Shown here in pieces: positions 28,739 to 38,561 of a DNA stretch of 64,000 nucleotides. Under the pieces are notes generated by a model, which did not search any database, was not told the DNA's origin, and saw nothing but the letters and a program-made list of their open reading frames with translations. The translations under genes were made by a program, and so were the position numbers. Position 1 is the stretch's first letter; each line of letters opens with the position of its first letter. Origin of the DNA: Escherichia phage BF17; sequence record MW822008.1. One strand, given 5' to 3'.

Positions 28739-29881
28739 TCAATAAGCTTCCCACGGTAAGGGTGTCTTCCTAAATCCATACCTGGTTGTGGTCGCACCAT
28801 CACCAGCAATGTATCGACCGATACCACATTGGTATAACTCTGTACTACTACATATAGCACCACCAATAGTACCACTACTCCACAGAATTATATTAGAATA
28901 TGTTATTGGTAAATCACTACATTTAGTATATACACCAACGGTAGCAGCCCCACTAATACCACCAAACATACTTCGGTTAGCACCAGTATAATATATACCA
29001 TCTGGACTCATAAATGCAGAGGTGTAAGTTGTACTACAATCCACTGGACTTCTTATAGTATTAAGATCGCCTGGGTATGTCCTGGCACCAAAGGTGTATA
29101 CATTACCATCAGTTGTAATACCATTACCTAACTGCCCACTGTTTTGTCCACCACATGTAAGCAACAATGCAGAACCAGAAACAATTGCAGTAGCATTATA
29201 CGAAGTACCCATCGCAATAGAAGCACCAGACAATAGTTTTGGAGTAACAATAGCTGTTGTATTACCCTGGCCTAATTCACCATTGATATTTCGTCCCCAT
29301 GCGTATATAGAAGTTGTATCCAATCGACATAGTACTGAACCATAACTAAACGTATATCGCATGTCAATTACCGCATTAGGCAAATTAACCTTAGTTGCAA
29401 CACTAATAACACCACCAGTAACACCACTGTTTGCGTTCATGTTACGACCATATGCATATAAAGAACCATCTGAAGTTTTAATATGCATCATACCATCTGT
29501 ACAATACAATGCATCTATACTATCCACTGCAACCGGACCCATACTGGTAGTTATATCGGTCCACCCAAGCGTGGTAGTACTGGAAATTAAGTTATTTCCG
29601 GCGTATAGTATTCTATTATTATTAGTAACTACAACTGTATATCTGGCAGTAACACCAATTAATCGAACATCAGTATATATCTTAGACCACGCACCTAATG
29701 AATTGGTGTTTGCATCCAAAAAGCCCAACTGCCCATCTGTATTGTATCCAATACCCCATACATCACCTGCACTGTCCAATAACACTTCATGTGAAAATCC
29801 AATCTTAAAATCTTTTATTGTAGGAACTACCGGAACTGGTGCAATATTCCCGTACTTAACCATTCTAGCAAAAGGTAACAT
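28739..29881 (-). CDS. array member 9: RCC1-like repeat protein
   Basis: 380 aa; MLPFARMVKYGN; DGQLG, NGELGQG, SGQLGNG repeats. Confidence 0.75.
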   Translation of the reverse strand: MLPFARMVKYGNIAPVPVVPTIKDFKIGFSHEVLLDSAGDVWGIGYNTDGQLGFLDANTNSLGAWSKIYTDVRLIGVTARYTVVVTNNNRILYAGNNLISSTTTLGWTDITTSMGPVAVDSIDALYCTDGMMHIKTSDGSLYAYGRNMNANSGVTGGVISVATKVNLPNAVIDMRYTFSYGSVLCRLDTTSIYAWGRNINGELGQGNTTAIVTPKLLSGASIAMGTSYNATAIVSGSALLLTCGGQNSGQLGNGITTDGNVYTFGARTYPGDLNTIRSPVDCSTTYTSAFMSPDGIYYTGANRSMFGGISGAATVGVYTKCSDLPITYSNIILWSSGTIGGAICSSTELYQCGIGRYIAGDGATTTRYGFRKTPLPWEAY

Positions 29882-29927
29882 AATTCCCTCCTTTATTCAT
29901 TATACTATATTTAATACAAATAAGAAT

Positions 29928-29946
29928 GCCAGTATCAAGTACTGGC
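29928..29946 (-). terminator. inter-cassette hairpin
   Basis: GCCAGTATCAAGTACTGGC. Confidence 0.6.
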
Positions 29947-29952
29947 ATTATG

Positions 29953-31062
29953 TTATTTTGGTAAATCAATTTTAGTAAAGACTGCAACATCCTCGCTTGC
30001 TCCAGGAATGGCGTAATACGATCCAGTACTATACACATCTCCATCTTTGGTTAATATTGATGTCAAACCATCACTAAAAAGAACATCCCTAATTGCACTA
30101 ACTTCAACGGGTAATTGTAAATTTGTAGCACTATATATAGCACCAGTTTGAGAATTGTTTAATCCCAAACCACGGTTCGCCCCAACACCCTTCTGATATG
30201 TACTAGTAATTACCATTTGTGTCGCAGTATTTAAGGCAGGTGAATTCGTCATAAACAACGGAGAACTATTCGGCAAAGTACTTACAGGAACTGCACGGAA
30301 TGTAGTCGTACCTGAACTAAGAAAGTTTGGAGTTTGACCACATACGAAATATGATGTGCCATTATAGTAATTTAATGCATTACCACCAATTGCTGCATCG
30401 ATTACACCAGAACTACGTAATCCCCAAGTGTTAACTTGTGTTTGGCTCCCCGTGCCATGCTGCCCACTGCTATTCCATCCAGAACTATATAGCTTATTAT
30501 CTAATGTAAGATACATACTATCATTCGCATTGGTCATTACTTTACGAACGTTCGTAGCACATTGAGTTAATGTGTAAATTGATGATGAACCAATACCTAA
30601 AGAACCACGATATCCATTATCTCCTGCACCATAGAGTACTGAATTAGTGCTAAGTACAAATATTAAACCATTTGTACATACAATATTAGCAATTTCACTT
30701 ACTGGTATTGCATTTGTGAACCAACTGGTTCTATCAACTAATACAGTACTGTAAGAAGTAGTTGTGGAAGATGTGAACCAGTACGTTTGACCTGATGACC
30801 ATATCGTATTATCATTTTTAATAATAACAAGTGTACGATCACCCACGAAAAAATTAGAAACATCTGTACTTACTAATATCCATGAGGATACTGTGTTGGT
30901 ATTTCCATTTCCAGATTCACCACCTTGATTTCTACCTATGTAATATAAATCATGTGAATCTGTCAATAAGAATTGACCCTGTGTAGAAGCACCAACTTTA
31001 ATTATATTTTTAGGACCAGGTGTGATATTCCCATAATCAAACAATCTAACAAAAGGTAACAT
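29953..31062 (-). CDS. array member 10: beta-propeller-like repeat protein
   Basis: 369 aa; MLPFVRLFDYGN; 10 nt downstream of member 11. Confidence 0.7.
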   Translation of the reverse strand: MLPFVRLFDYGNITPGPKNIIKVGASTQGQFLLTDSHDLYYIGRNQGGESGNGNTNTVSSWILVSTDVSNFFVGDRTLVIIKNDNTIWSSGQTYWFTSSTTTSYSTVLVDRTSWFTNAIPVSEIANIVCTNGLIFVLSTNSVLYGAGDNGYRGSLGIGSSSIYTLTQCATNVRKVMTNANDSMYLTLDNKLYSSGWNSSGQHGTGSQTQVNTWGLRSSGVIDAAIGGNALNYYNGTSYFVCGQTPNFLSSGTTTFRAVPVSTLPNSSPLFMTNSPALNTATQMVITSTYQKGVGANRGLGLNNSQTGAIYSATNLQLPVEVSAIRDVLFSDGLTSILTKDGDVYSTGSYYAIPGASEDVAVFTKIDLPK

Positions 31063-31072
31063 ATTTCTCTCC

Positions 31073-32203
31073 TTAATTTAGTAATGCCCCTGGCAAATCC
31101 ACTTTGACGAATTGTGCATATGCTGAGGAATTTTGATCAAAGTTTGGTCCCAATCCATAAAATGAGCTAATGCCGTCTTCATTTGTGTATATGATATAAA
31201 CGTTCTTTACATCATTTCCGCATATAAATCGAATGTCTTTCGTTTGTGTTCCCGCTGGAACATTACGAAGGTTCACAACGCCATTACTTGCATTGTTATC
31301 AGCCGACGCAATTGGTAATTGATTTTGACCATATTGACCACGCATATTTTTTGCATCTAAACCAAACACAGTATCTGATACCGCACCAACTTTCAAAAAT
31401 GAACCAAAACTATTATTGAATGACTTTGGAAATGTACCACTATAAACACTTCTCCCATCTGATAATACCGCTGAACTGAATTTCCCGCTATTCGATATGG
31501 CAAATTCATTGTAAGGAAGTGTACCCATTTTGGTATATACAGAATATGAATTAGTGGAAGTATTATCAATAATCTTATTACCATTATATCCAATACCATA
31601 CTGGTATCCGTCTGCATCTTGAACTATACACAAAGGACCACTTGGGGTTTGTGTCAACGAAACAACACGTTCAACTTGTATATCACCAAATGTATTTCTT
31701 CGCCATGTTCTATCTATTATAGTACTAGTATTACCCAAAGATAATGCCACACTATATAATAGATTGTTTTCAGTAAAAATGGCAACATAATATGCGTGGT
31801 TAATAACTTGCTTCATCCCAGCATCAATAACTTCCTGTGGAATATGATCAGTAACATCCAACCAATCAAGGTTAGATGATGCAATATCTGGAGTACTGAA
31901 TTTGTCAAATCTAGTTGAGCCACAAACTAGCACTCTATCATCATTTGTCAAAGCCACTGTGCTAGTCTGCATATTAGAACTGAATGATTTAACATTACTA
32001 ATGTTAGACTTGTACCAACCCTTATCAGCAGCACCCACCGTGAATCCGGTTCCCATTGATCCACTTGTACTTGTACCATAAGCCCACATCTCACCACTAT
32101 ATGTTAGTGCCATACAGTGGCTTCCATTTGCTTGGAAATCCTTTATACCAGTGGGAGCAACCACTGTATTCCCATAATCAAACATTCTAACAAAAGGTAA
32201 CAT
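31073..32203 (-). CDS. array member 11: beta-propeller-like repeat protein
   Basis: trimmed to MLPFVRMFDYGN; more divergent body. Confidence 0.65.
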   Translation of the reverse strand: MLPFVRMFDYGNTVVAPTGIKDFQANGSHCMALTYSGEMWAYGTSTSGSMGTGFTVGAADKGWYKSNISNVKSFSSNMQTSTVALTNDDRVLVCGSTRFDKFSTPDIASSNLDWLDVTDHIPQEVIDAGMKQVINHAYYVAIFTENNLLYSVALSLGNTSTIIDRTWRRNTFGDIQVERVVSLTQTPSGPLCIVQDADGYQYGIGYNGNKIIDNTSTNSYSVYTKMGTLPYNEFAISNSGKFSSAVLSDGRSVYSGTFPKSFNNSFGSFLKVGAVSDTVFGLDAKNMRGQYGQNQLPIASADNNASNGVVNLRNVPAGTQTKDIRFICGNDVKNVYIIYTNEDGISSFYGLGPNFDQNSSAYAQFVKVDLPGALLN

Positions 32204-32245
32204 AACTAAAATCTCCATATAATAATTATAATGTATTTACAAAAA

Positions 32246-32269
32246 AATACCAGTACGTATTTCAGTACT
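32246..32269 (-). terminator. inter-cassette hairpin (variant)
   Basis: ACCAGTACGTATTTCAGTACTGGT. Confidence 0.5.
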
Positions 32270-32277
32270 GGTATCAT

Positions 32278-33459
32278 TTATGGTAAAATGATAGATTGTA
32301 ACGAACTCATACCCAATGCTGGAACACTAGCCTGTGGTGCTGGAGAATTCAATTTTGGTGATGAAACCGCATAAGTCATTCCTGTACCCAAATCTGGATC
32401 AAAAACTACAGCACAATAATTCCCACTATATATAAGTCCATTCTTGTATCCTTGTGCACTTTGAATGCATTTCGTGAACGTACCAATATCTGTAGTGGCA
32501 TTTATTAAGTTCCTCCCACGATAACCGCAGGTGTATATGAAATTATCATCGCCTATGTACATACTAGAATCCCCAGAAGAACTACATAGATACGACATAT
32601 AAGCACGCATGTTTTTAGGAGCAACTGACAATGTACCTGCATAGAATTTATTATTCGAACCCGTAATATCACCATCACCCAATGCACCAAAACTTCCCCA
32701 GCCAGTACCGTAATATCTCTTATCACTCAAAAATATAATACAGTTGTTATTACACATCTTGATTTGATATATCAATGAAGGATCAACCCCAGGGAATGAT
32801 TCAGTGAATGTTAGAACAGCCGGATCAGTACTAGCATTACATTGATGATATGTATTAGTACCAGCGGACAAGATTGTTCCATTAGCTAACAGAATTCTCG
32901 CAGTACCAGTACCAGCAGTACAAGCAACTGCACTTCCTGCACTTCCGGTGTATATTTGTCTGAAAGTAAAGAAACCAACAGTCTTACTCCCTTGTCCACT
33001 CCAACCAGTATTATCAACACCACACGCCCATACTGAACCATCTTCCATGATCATCATTACACCAAAGCGTTCTATTGAAATATAAACAATCTTTTTAGTA
33101 TCAACTGCACGAAATCTAGAAGTTATATCCGTCCAAACCTTTACACTTACCGAAGTCGCACTGGAAGTAGGATCTTCACCTGCTATCATTATCCTACCAT
33201 TGTTAGTCAGATACATTGTCTGACTATAACCAGTACTACAAAACTTAACACTATCAGTCTCTGGAACTTTTAACCACTCGTTGTAACGTGTTACGTTAGT
33301 GTTATTACCTAACTGATAATAGTTATTCATCCCAGATACATATAACACACCATCCTTTATTAAACTATAAGTCGCACTATAGTCACTACAGGTATAACGT
33401 GTACCCACAGGTCGCTCAACGACGTTCCCATAATCAAACATTCTAACAAAAGGTAACAT
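32278..33459 (-). CDS. array member 12: beta-propeller-like repeat protein
   Basis: 393 aa; MLPFVRMFDYGN; 9 nt downstream of member 13. Confidence 0.7.
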   Translation of the reverse strand: MLPFVRMFDYGNVVERPVGTRYTCSDYSATYSLIKDGVLYVSGMNNYYQLGNNTNVTRYNEWLKVPETDSVKFCSTGYSQTMYLTNNGRIMIAGEDPTSSATSVSVKVWTDITSRFRAVDTKKIVYISIERFGVMMIMEDGSVWACGVDNTGWSGQGSKTVGFFTFRQIYTGSAGSAVACTAGTGTARILLANGTILSAGTNTYHQCNASTDPAVLTFTESFPGVDPSLIYQIKMCNNNCIIFLSDKRYYGTGWGSFGALGDGDITGSNNKFYAGTLSVAPKNMRAYMSYLCSSSGDSSMYIGDDNFIYTCGYRGRNLINATTDIGTFTKCIQSAQGYKNGLIYSGNYCAVVFDPDLGTGMTYAVSSPKLNSPAPQASVPALGMSSLQSIILP

Positions 33460-33468
33460 GATTTTCTC

Positions 33469-34662
33469 CTATGATTGCCATAACTGCGTTGGCATTAATG
33501 TTAATGTTTTAATTAAGTAAGTACCATCCGGTAAGTTACCACCTGAACCGTTAAAGCCCCCACATGCATATAATTTATAATCTTTAGTTATAATTATTGT
33601 TCTGGACCAGTCTTTGGATGCCATAAGAACATTGTCATATCCACCCTGTATCGCACTTAAAGAAAACGCCCCCCACGAAGTAATTACTGTTGTATTTCCC
33701 GTCCCTTCTTGACCATATGTATTGATGCCTGCACTCCTGACATATGATGGGTATTGAGCCATAGGTGCACCAATTGTTGAGTTACCCATATTACTAGGAC
33801 ACAGGAAACCATCACTAATATTCACTATAACCTGTGAATTCTGAACTGTAGTTAATTGGTTTGTAGTTGAAGTAGTACCATTCCCAGCTTGTCCAGAATT
33901 GTTTCTACCACTCCAGTACACCCTACCGGCAGTGAACCACCAGGTAACATCATAAGTAGCACTTATATAATCGACGTTGGTTCGTATTAATTTATTAGTA
34001 AAAACGTATGAGCTAGTCCCACCACCACTTTCACCAAAGTTATCCTTACCACAAAACCATGCTTCTTTATTTGTTTTGAGATAGTGCGTACCCTGTAATG
34101 AACACGCCAATTGAGAAACTTCACCCATACCAGTAACAACTGTTAGTACTGGAATGGAATTTTGGTTACCTGTTCCACATTCGGCATTTGCATTTTTACC
34201 ACAAACAACTACTCTTCCATCGTGTAGTAATATTCTAGTACTTTCACCTATATGTACACTCTTGATTAAATTAGCGTGTACATTTATTTTGTTAAATGCG
34301 GCAGTAACATCAGTCCATGTTCTAAAATAACCATTAACTGGAGTTGCATCTCCATAATCGGGGAATGCTACAGTATTCCCTGTGAAATATATTCTATTAT
34401 CCAAGTCAATCATCAATGAGCCATGAACGCCTAACCAAAAGGCTGCACAGTGCGTTGCCAGTACTGTAAAAGTAGAAACTGTCGATTGATTCCCTAGACC
34501 TAATTGGCTCAAGTTATTACCACCATAACCGTATAGTGTATTCGTGGGCTTATGTAGATACATAGCATTAGTATAATGTTGCTGTAAAACATCAGTGAAC
34601 TCAACTGGTTCAGGAATAGGCAGTTTATTCCCGTATTTAACCATTCTTGCAAAAGGTAACAT
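33469..34662 (-). CDS. array member 13: RCC1-like repeat protein
   Basis: 397 aa; MLPFARMVKYGN. Confidence 0.7.
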   Translation of the reverse strand: MLPFARMVKYGNKLPIPEPVEFTDVLQQHYTNAMYLHKPTNTLYGYGGNNLSQLGLGNQSTVSTFTVLATHCAAFWLGVHGSLMIDLDNRIYFTGNTVAFPDYGDATPVNGYFRTWTDVTAAFNKINVHANLIKSVHIGESTRILLHDGRVVVCGKNANAECGTGNQNSIPVLTVVTGMGEVSQLACSLQGTHYLKTNKEAWFCGKDNFGESGGGTSSYVFTNKLIRTNVDYISATYDVTWWFTAGRVYWSGRNNSGQAGNGTTSTTNQLTTVQNSQVIVNISDGFLCPSNMGNSTIGAPMAQYPSYVRSAGINTYGQEGTGNTTVITSWGAFSLSAIQGGYDNVLMASKDWSRTIIITKDYKLYACGGFNGSGGNLPDGTYLIKTLTLMPTQLWQS

Positions 34663-34725
34663 ATTTCCCTCCTTTATTCATTATACTATATTTAATCAAA
34701 AATAAATGCCAGTACTCATTTAATT

Positions 34726-35880
34726 TTAACGAGGTATAACTATTTTTTTGAATAATCCAGTATTTCCTGCATTTTCTTCTTCATATGGAATTGTACCCAT
34801 ACCAGCAGTTCTGCCACCATTCCCTGAACCATACAGTTCTCCATTCTTAATCATGAATGTTATCATATAACCATGTGTCATTTTATCATATGGAACTGGT
34901 TCAGTTATATTATTACATGCTCGCCATGTACTAATAACACGAGAGTTCGTTATACCATCACCTGATGCGTTTCCTCGACCAGCGAAATACCATATCCCAC
35001 CTGCTCTAACGTGTGCTTCATAATTAGAACCACCTATGTAATCAATCGCAGTACTAGGAATACTAGAAGCTGGTATCTTTGTGATTGTTCTAAGACTGTT
35101 AATAGTGCCATCAGTTCCATCACCCAACTGTCCATCTATTTGTGAACCGAATACATATAGCCCATCACTCTTTAATACGTAATTAGCACTATATGCATTT
35201 TCTGAATTTATCTGTAATACTCCAGTAGTAACAGTAGTCAATGTGGTAGTTGTACTAGTCGTACCAGTCGAACCAATACTAGATTTATTCCCACTGTACT
35301 TTAATGTCCCATCATTGTATAATACAAATGAAGCATTATTCGCGGTTACACCAATATCTTTAACATCAACTTCAGGTGTCAATGTCAGTACTGATACTCT
35401 TTGTCCAACAGCCCCAGTAAAAACTTCACCGTTGTTATTGTCACCCATCTTATATAATTTATTATCTATTGTTAATAATAATGTAACGCCGTTTCCTATA
35501 ACTATTTTACTATATGTGTCATTCACATTATTAAAAATACCAAGTATTTCTGTCCATACACGATAAGTAGTATTAACACCACGATAGATTTGAGTACCAG
35601 TACTCCACCATGTGCCATCATTTTTACGTACTAATATTCCTTGTGTATCACCAGTAGTCCAAAATTCCTTTACATCAGTTAAACATAAAACCCACTCTTC
35701 AACTATAGTAGGAGAACTACTACCAGTACCTAATTGATAGTAAAAATTATGCCCTCTGCCATATAATCTTCCGTCTTCTAATAAAATAAACACATTATTC
35801 TGTAAAACTTTTACCATCTTTATACCAACTGGCACAGGTGCTTCATTCCCATAATCGAACATTCTAACAAAAGGTAACAT
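34726..35880 (-). CDS. array member 14: RCC1-like repeat protein
   Basis: ORF 34726-36015 trimmed to MLPFVRMFDYGN; DGQLGDGTDGT. Confidence 0.7.
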   Translation of the reverse strand: MLPFVRMFDYGNEAPVPVGIKMVKVLQNNVFILLEDGRLYGRGHNFYYQLGTGSSSPTIVEEWVLCLTDVKEFWTTGDTQGILVRKNDGTWWSTGTQIYRGVNTTYRVWTEILGIFNNVNDTYSKIVIGNGVTLLLTIDNKLYKMGDNNNGEVFTGAVGQRVSVLTLTPEVDVKDIGVTANNASFVLYNDGTLKYSGNKSSIGSTGTTSTTTTLTTVTTGVLQINSENAYSANYVLKSDGLYVFGSQIDGQLGDGTDGTINSLRTITKIPASSIPSTAIDYIGGSNYEAHVRAGGIWYFAGRGNASGDGITNSRVISTWRACNNITEPVPYDKMTHGYMITFMIKNGELYGSGNGGRTAGMGTIPYEEENAGNTGLFKKIVIPR

Positions 35881-35926
35881 ATTCCCTCCTTTATTCATTA
35901 TAATATATTTAATACAAAAAAGAAAA

Positions 35927-35945
35927 GCCAGTATCAAGTACTGGC
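35927..35945 (-). terminator. inter-cassette hairpin
   Basis: GCCAGTATCAAGTACTGGC. Confidence 0.6.
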
Positions 35946-35953
35946 ATATTAAT

Positions 35954-37102
35954 TTACTGCACAAATGACATATCGACTTCGGTATAATTAAGAACGTTCT
36001 GTCCAGCACTACCACCCATTACTACAAATGAAGCACCCGAATAATATAACTTCGAAGTGTCAGTAAGTATAAGTGAACCAGATGGAGTGCGTACCAAATT
36101 ACACGAAGTATTAAACGAAGTATATGAAGGAGTATAGGAGTACTGATTATTATTATTACCAACACCTAATTGCCCAAACCCATTCGATCCAGAAGCATAT
36201 AGAACTTCATCTGCTTTGACAATATGTGATGCCATGTTACCAACACAAGTATATAGAGTATAAACTCCTGAACTCAATAATGTCGGAGTTTTATATTGTA
36301 TATCTGTAGATGTAGAAGTACCACCTGTACCAAATTCGTTCCCATATTGTGCACCGAACTGTTTACCACAAGCGTACAAATTATTATCCGATTTGATAAA
36401 AAATGTACTCTGATAACTTACATTAAAATCTATAACATCCGAAGAAATCATCGTCACCCCAGTAATAGAAGTTTGATTACCCGTGCCCAACTGGTAGTAA
36501 TAGTTAAAACCACAACCCCATAAAGTATTATCTTCTCGCAAATAAATGTTACCAACTGCCTTTTTAACCGAAGTTATAGTATCTACTCTTTTGAATGTGT
36601 TAAAAGAATTAATGTTTGTGCCATCACCAAATGATGATATGTTCGATATATTGTTAGTTCCACAACAATACAATGTACCATCGTTTGTTATCAAATTCAC
36701 CTTCATATCATAAAAACTACTCATGTATTTTATATCAGAAACATTAATACCACTTGATGTTATCCACGTAGTACAGTCCGTCCACAAAGTTTTTCTATCA
36801 GTTACACCAGTGAATGCCTTCGTGTTACCAGTGATAAAAACTTTTCCAGTACCTTTCTCTTCATACAATTGACAATCACTACTGTTATCTTCCAATAGAA
36901 CTCGTTTAACATTCTCCGCACAAAGAATAAATTTACTCGATGTTACACCTGTACCAGTACCCCAATTCGCCGCAGAAGATGCATACAACTTATCAGTATA
37001 AGTATCATGAAGATACATAGAATCACTGGAATATATTTTAAAACGCCCAGAGTTGGTAGGTGCTTCATTCCCATAATCAAACATTCTTACAAAAGGTAAC
37101 AT
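35954..37102 (-). CDS. array member 15: RCC1-like repeat protein
   Basis: 382 aa; MLPFVRMFDYGN; YYQLGTGNQTS and FGQLGVGNNNN; 12 nt downstream of member 16. Confidence 0.75.
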   Translation of the reverse strand: MLPFVRMFDYGNEAPTNSGRFKIYSSDSMYLHDTYTDKLYASSAANWGTGTGVTSSKFILCAENVKRVLLEDNSSDCQLYEEKGTGKVFITGNTKAFTGVTDRKTLWTDCTTWITSSGINVSDIKYMSSFYDMKVNLITNDGTLYCCGTNNISNISSFGDGTNINSFNTFKRVDTITSVKKAVGNIYLREDNTLWGCGFNYYYQLGTGNQTSITGVTMISSDVIDFNVSYQSTFFIKSDNNLYACGKQFGAQYGNEFGTGGTSTSTDIQYKTPTLLSSGVYTLYTCVGNMASHIVKADEVLYASGSNGFGQLGVGNNNNQYSYTPSYTSFNTSCNLVRTPSGSLILTDTSKLYYSGASFVVMGGSAGQNVLNYTEVDMSFVQ

Positions 37103-37114
37103 ATTTCCTCCAAA

Positions 37115-38020
37115 TTATTTAAAAACATACTGCGTATTAACACGTGTCCCGTTGTCGTAACCAAGTACGTAAAATATTTCAGCACTATTATTAGAGCCAA
37201 ATAATGCACCAGTACTATTACTCAACGTTGTATTGATAGCTAATGGTATCCATTTGTTTTGCTCGGCATCATATTTTAATAAATTTAATGCACCATAAGA
37301 TACTGCATATATACCTTTGTCATATCTATTGTAAATTATCTTACTAGGGTTAGCTCCACCAACTGCTGCCATTCTTGACCAAACCGCACTCTCTATGTGA
37401 TATTTTTGTGCAGGAGTAGATCCTTGTCCTGTAAAATATATGTAAGTACCATCAGTGCACATATCACCACCACCATTGTTTGTTGTATTCCCAGTAGTAC
37501 CTAACGATGCCCATGTATTAGTACTCGGCGTATAACTATATAATGCAGTATTAGACGGTGAACCCCACAAATATATCTTATCCCCTGTAGTAATCATCTT
37601 ACTATATACTGCCTGGTTAGGTTTGCCAACACTTGTATTATTCAGTGTCCATGTATCAGAGCTTATGTCATATACATAAAAATTATTATTAGCAACATTC
37701 GCTGCACCTAAACCACCGAACAAATATATTTTTCCTTGATAGGCACACAATGCACTTCCATAGGTGGATACTGGTGGTGATGATAATTGTACCCATATTC
37801 TAGAATTTAAATTAAAACTCCATAACTGATTATCCTGGTTCGAAGTATTCATTATACCACCAAATATATAAGCAGTATTTCTTGATGCATCATACGTATA
37901 ACCAAAGTTATTTCGTGCTGAAGGTACTGGTGATGTGGTAAATTGAGTTCGTACACCACCATTTGGGACTGGTAATGGAGCTTCATTCCCGTAATCAAAC
38001 ATTCTAACAAAAGGTAACAT
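37115..38020 (-). CDS. array member 16: Kelch-like repeat protein with the shared N-terminal tag
   Basis: 301 aa; MLPFVRMFDYGN then repeated IY(L)FGG...W blades. Confidence 0.7.
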   Translation of the reverse strand: MLPFVRMFDYGNEAPLPVPNGGVRTQFTTSPVPSARNNFGYTYDASRNTAYIFGGIMNTSNQDNQLWSFNLNSRIWVQLSSPPVSTYGSALCAYQGKIYLFGGLGAANVANNNFYVYDISSDTWTLNNTSVGKPNQAVYSKMITTGDKIYLWGSPSNTALYSYTPSTNTWASLGTTGNTTNNGGGDMCTDGTYIYFTGQGSTPAQKYHIESAVWSRMAAVGGANPSKIIYNRYDKGIYAVSYGALNLLKYDAEQNKWIPLAINTTLSNSTGALFGSNNSAEIFYVLGYDNGTRVNTQYVFK

Positions 38021-38123
38021 AAATCCCTCCTTTATTCATTATATCATATTTACCCCAAAAAGAAAACCCTTGACAACCTTCCAGTACTGATGTACTATAG
38101 AAGGAATATAAGGAGAACTGTAC
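38021..38123. promoter_or_regulatory. divergent promoter region
   Basis: minus-strand TATAAT/AAGGAGG for member 16 plus plus-strand TTGACA-17-TACTAT and AAGGAG for 38124. Confidence 0.5.
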
Positions 38124-38351
38124 ATGACAACTACACTTAAGTACTACATTAATACTCTAAATGAAATAGAGTACGCGAAGTTTCTCGCGGATAGTTCGTG
38201 GCTAATTGAGCTAAAAACACATAACAGTACTGGATGTAACCTTATGCTGAACAATGCACTTGATACCCTTGTAGTGAGTATTTTACACAGCAACATCTGC
38301 GGGAATAGCAATAAACAATTATCAAAAATCTTAGTACTGGTAGCTCTATGA
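38124..38351 (+). CDS. small protein, ~60-aa paralog family
   Basis: 75 aa; first gene of the plus-strand array. Confidence 0.55.
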   Translation: MTTTLKYYINTLNEIEYAKFLADSSWLIELKTHNSTGCNLMLNNALDTLVVSILHSNICGNSNKQLSKILVLVAL

Positions 38352-38560
38352 ACACTATGAACATTGAACAGTACTACATTGATGCACTACCAACAAAAGG
38401 TCTACGAGAAAGCCTACTGTATACACAAAATAATTATATAAACCTCAAACATTGTCCTAAACTCTTGAACTCGTACAGGAATAATAAAATAAGAAATGCT
38501 GTACAAGGGGTAGAAAGTATGCAATACTATTACATCCTAACCCTTTTAATCGAGCACTAA
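38348..38560 (+). CDS. small protein, ~60-aa paralog family
   Basis: 70 aa; shared Y-Y near N-terminus and L-x-L-I near C-terminus. Confidence 0.55.
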   Translation: MNTMNIEQYYIDALPTKGLRESLLYTQNNYINLKHCPKLLNSYRNNKIRNAVQGVESMQYYYILTLLIEH

Positions 38561-38561
38561 T

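Noticed and set aside
23051-36015. Longer N-termini for array members 4, 5, 6, 11 and 14 (for example MPVLDTGFSFYIKYSIMNKGGNMLPF..., MVVLDRTFLII...MNKGGNMLPF...)
   Set aside because: The extra codons are a read-through of the RBS/TATAAT cassette (AAGGAGG translates as KGG); all other members start exactly at MLPF
18796-38020. Plus-strand ORFs inside the propeller array (for example 19196-19381, 21516-21734, 22384-22768, 24707-24937, 25256-25477, 27003-27257, 28788-29975, 35243-35566, 36296-36523) and alternative-frame minus ORFs (25092-25400, 25670-25945, 26710-27018, 31393-31617)
   Set aside because: They lie wholly inside longer, RBS-preceded, paralog-supported genes and have no start signals of their own; I read them as shadow ORFs
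18796-38020. The shared N-terminal 12-mer as a T4-type capsid-targeting sequence cleaved by the prohead protease
   Set aside because: The T4 signal as I recall it ends in (L/I)-x-E; the array tag has no conserved Glu at a fixed position (NEAP, NIAP, NKRP, NVVE variants)
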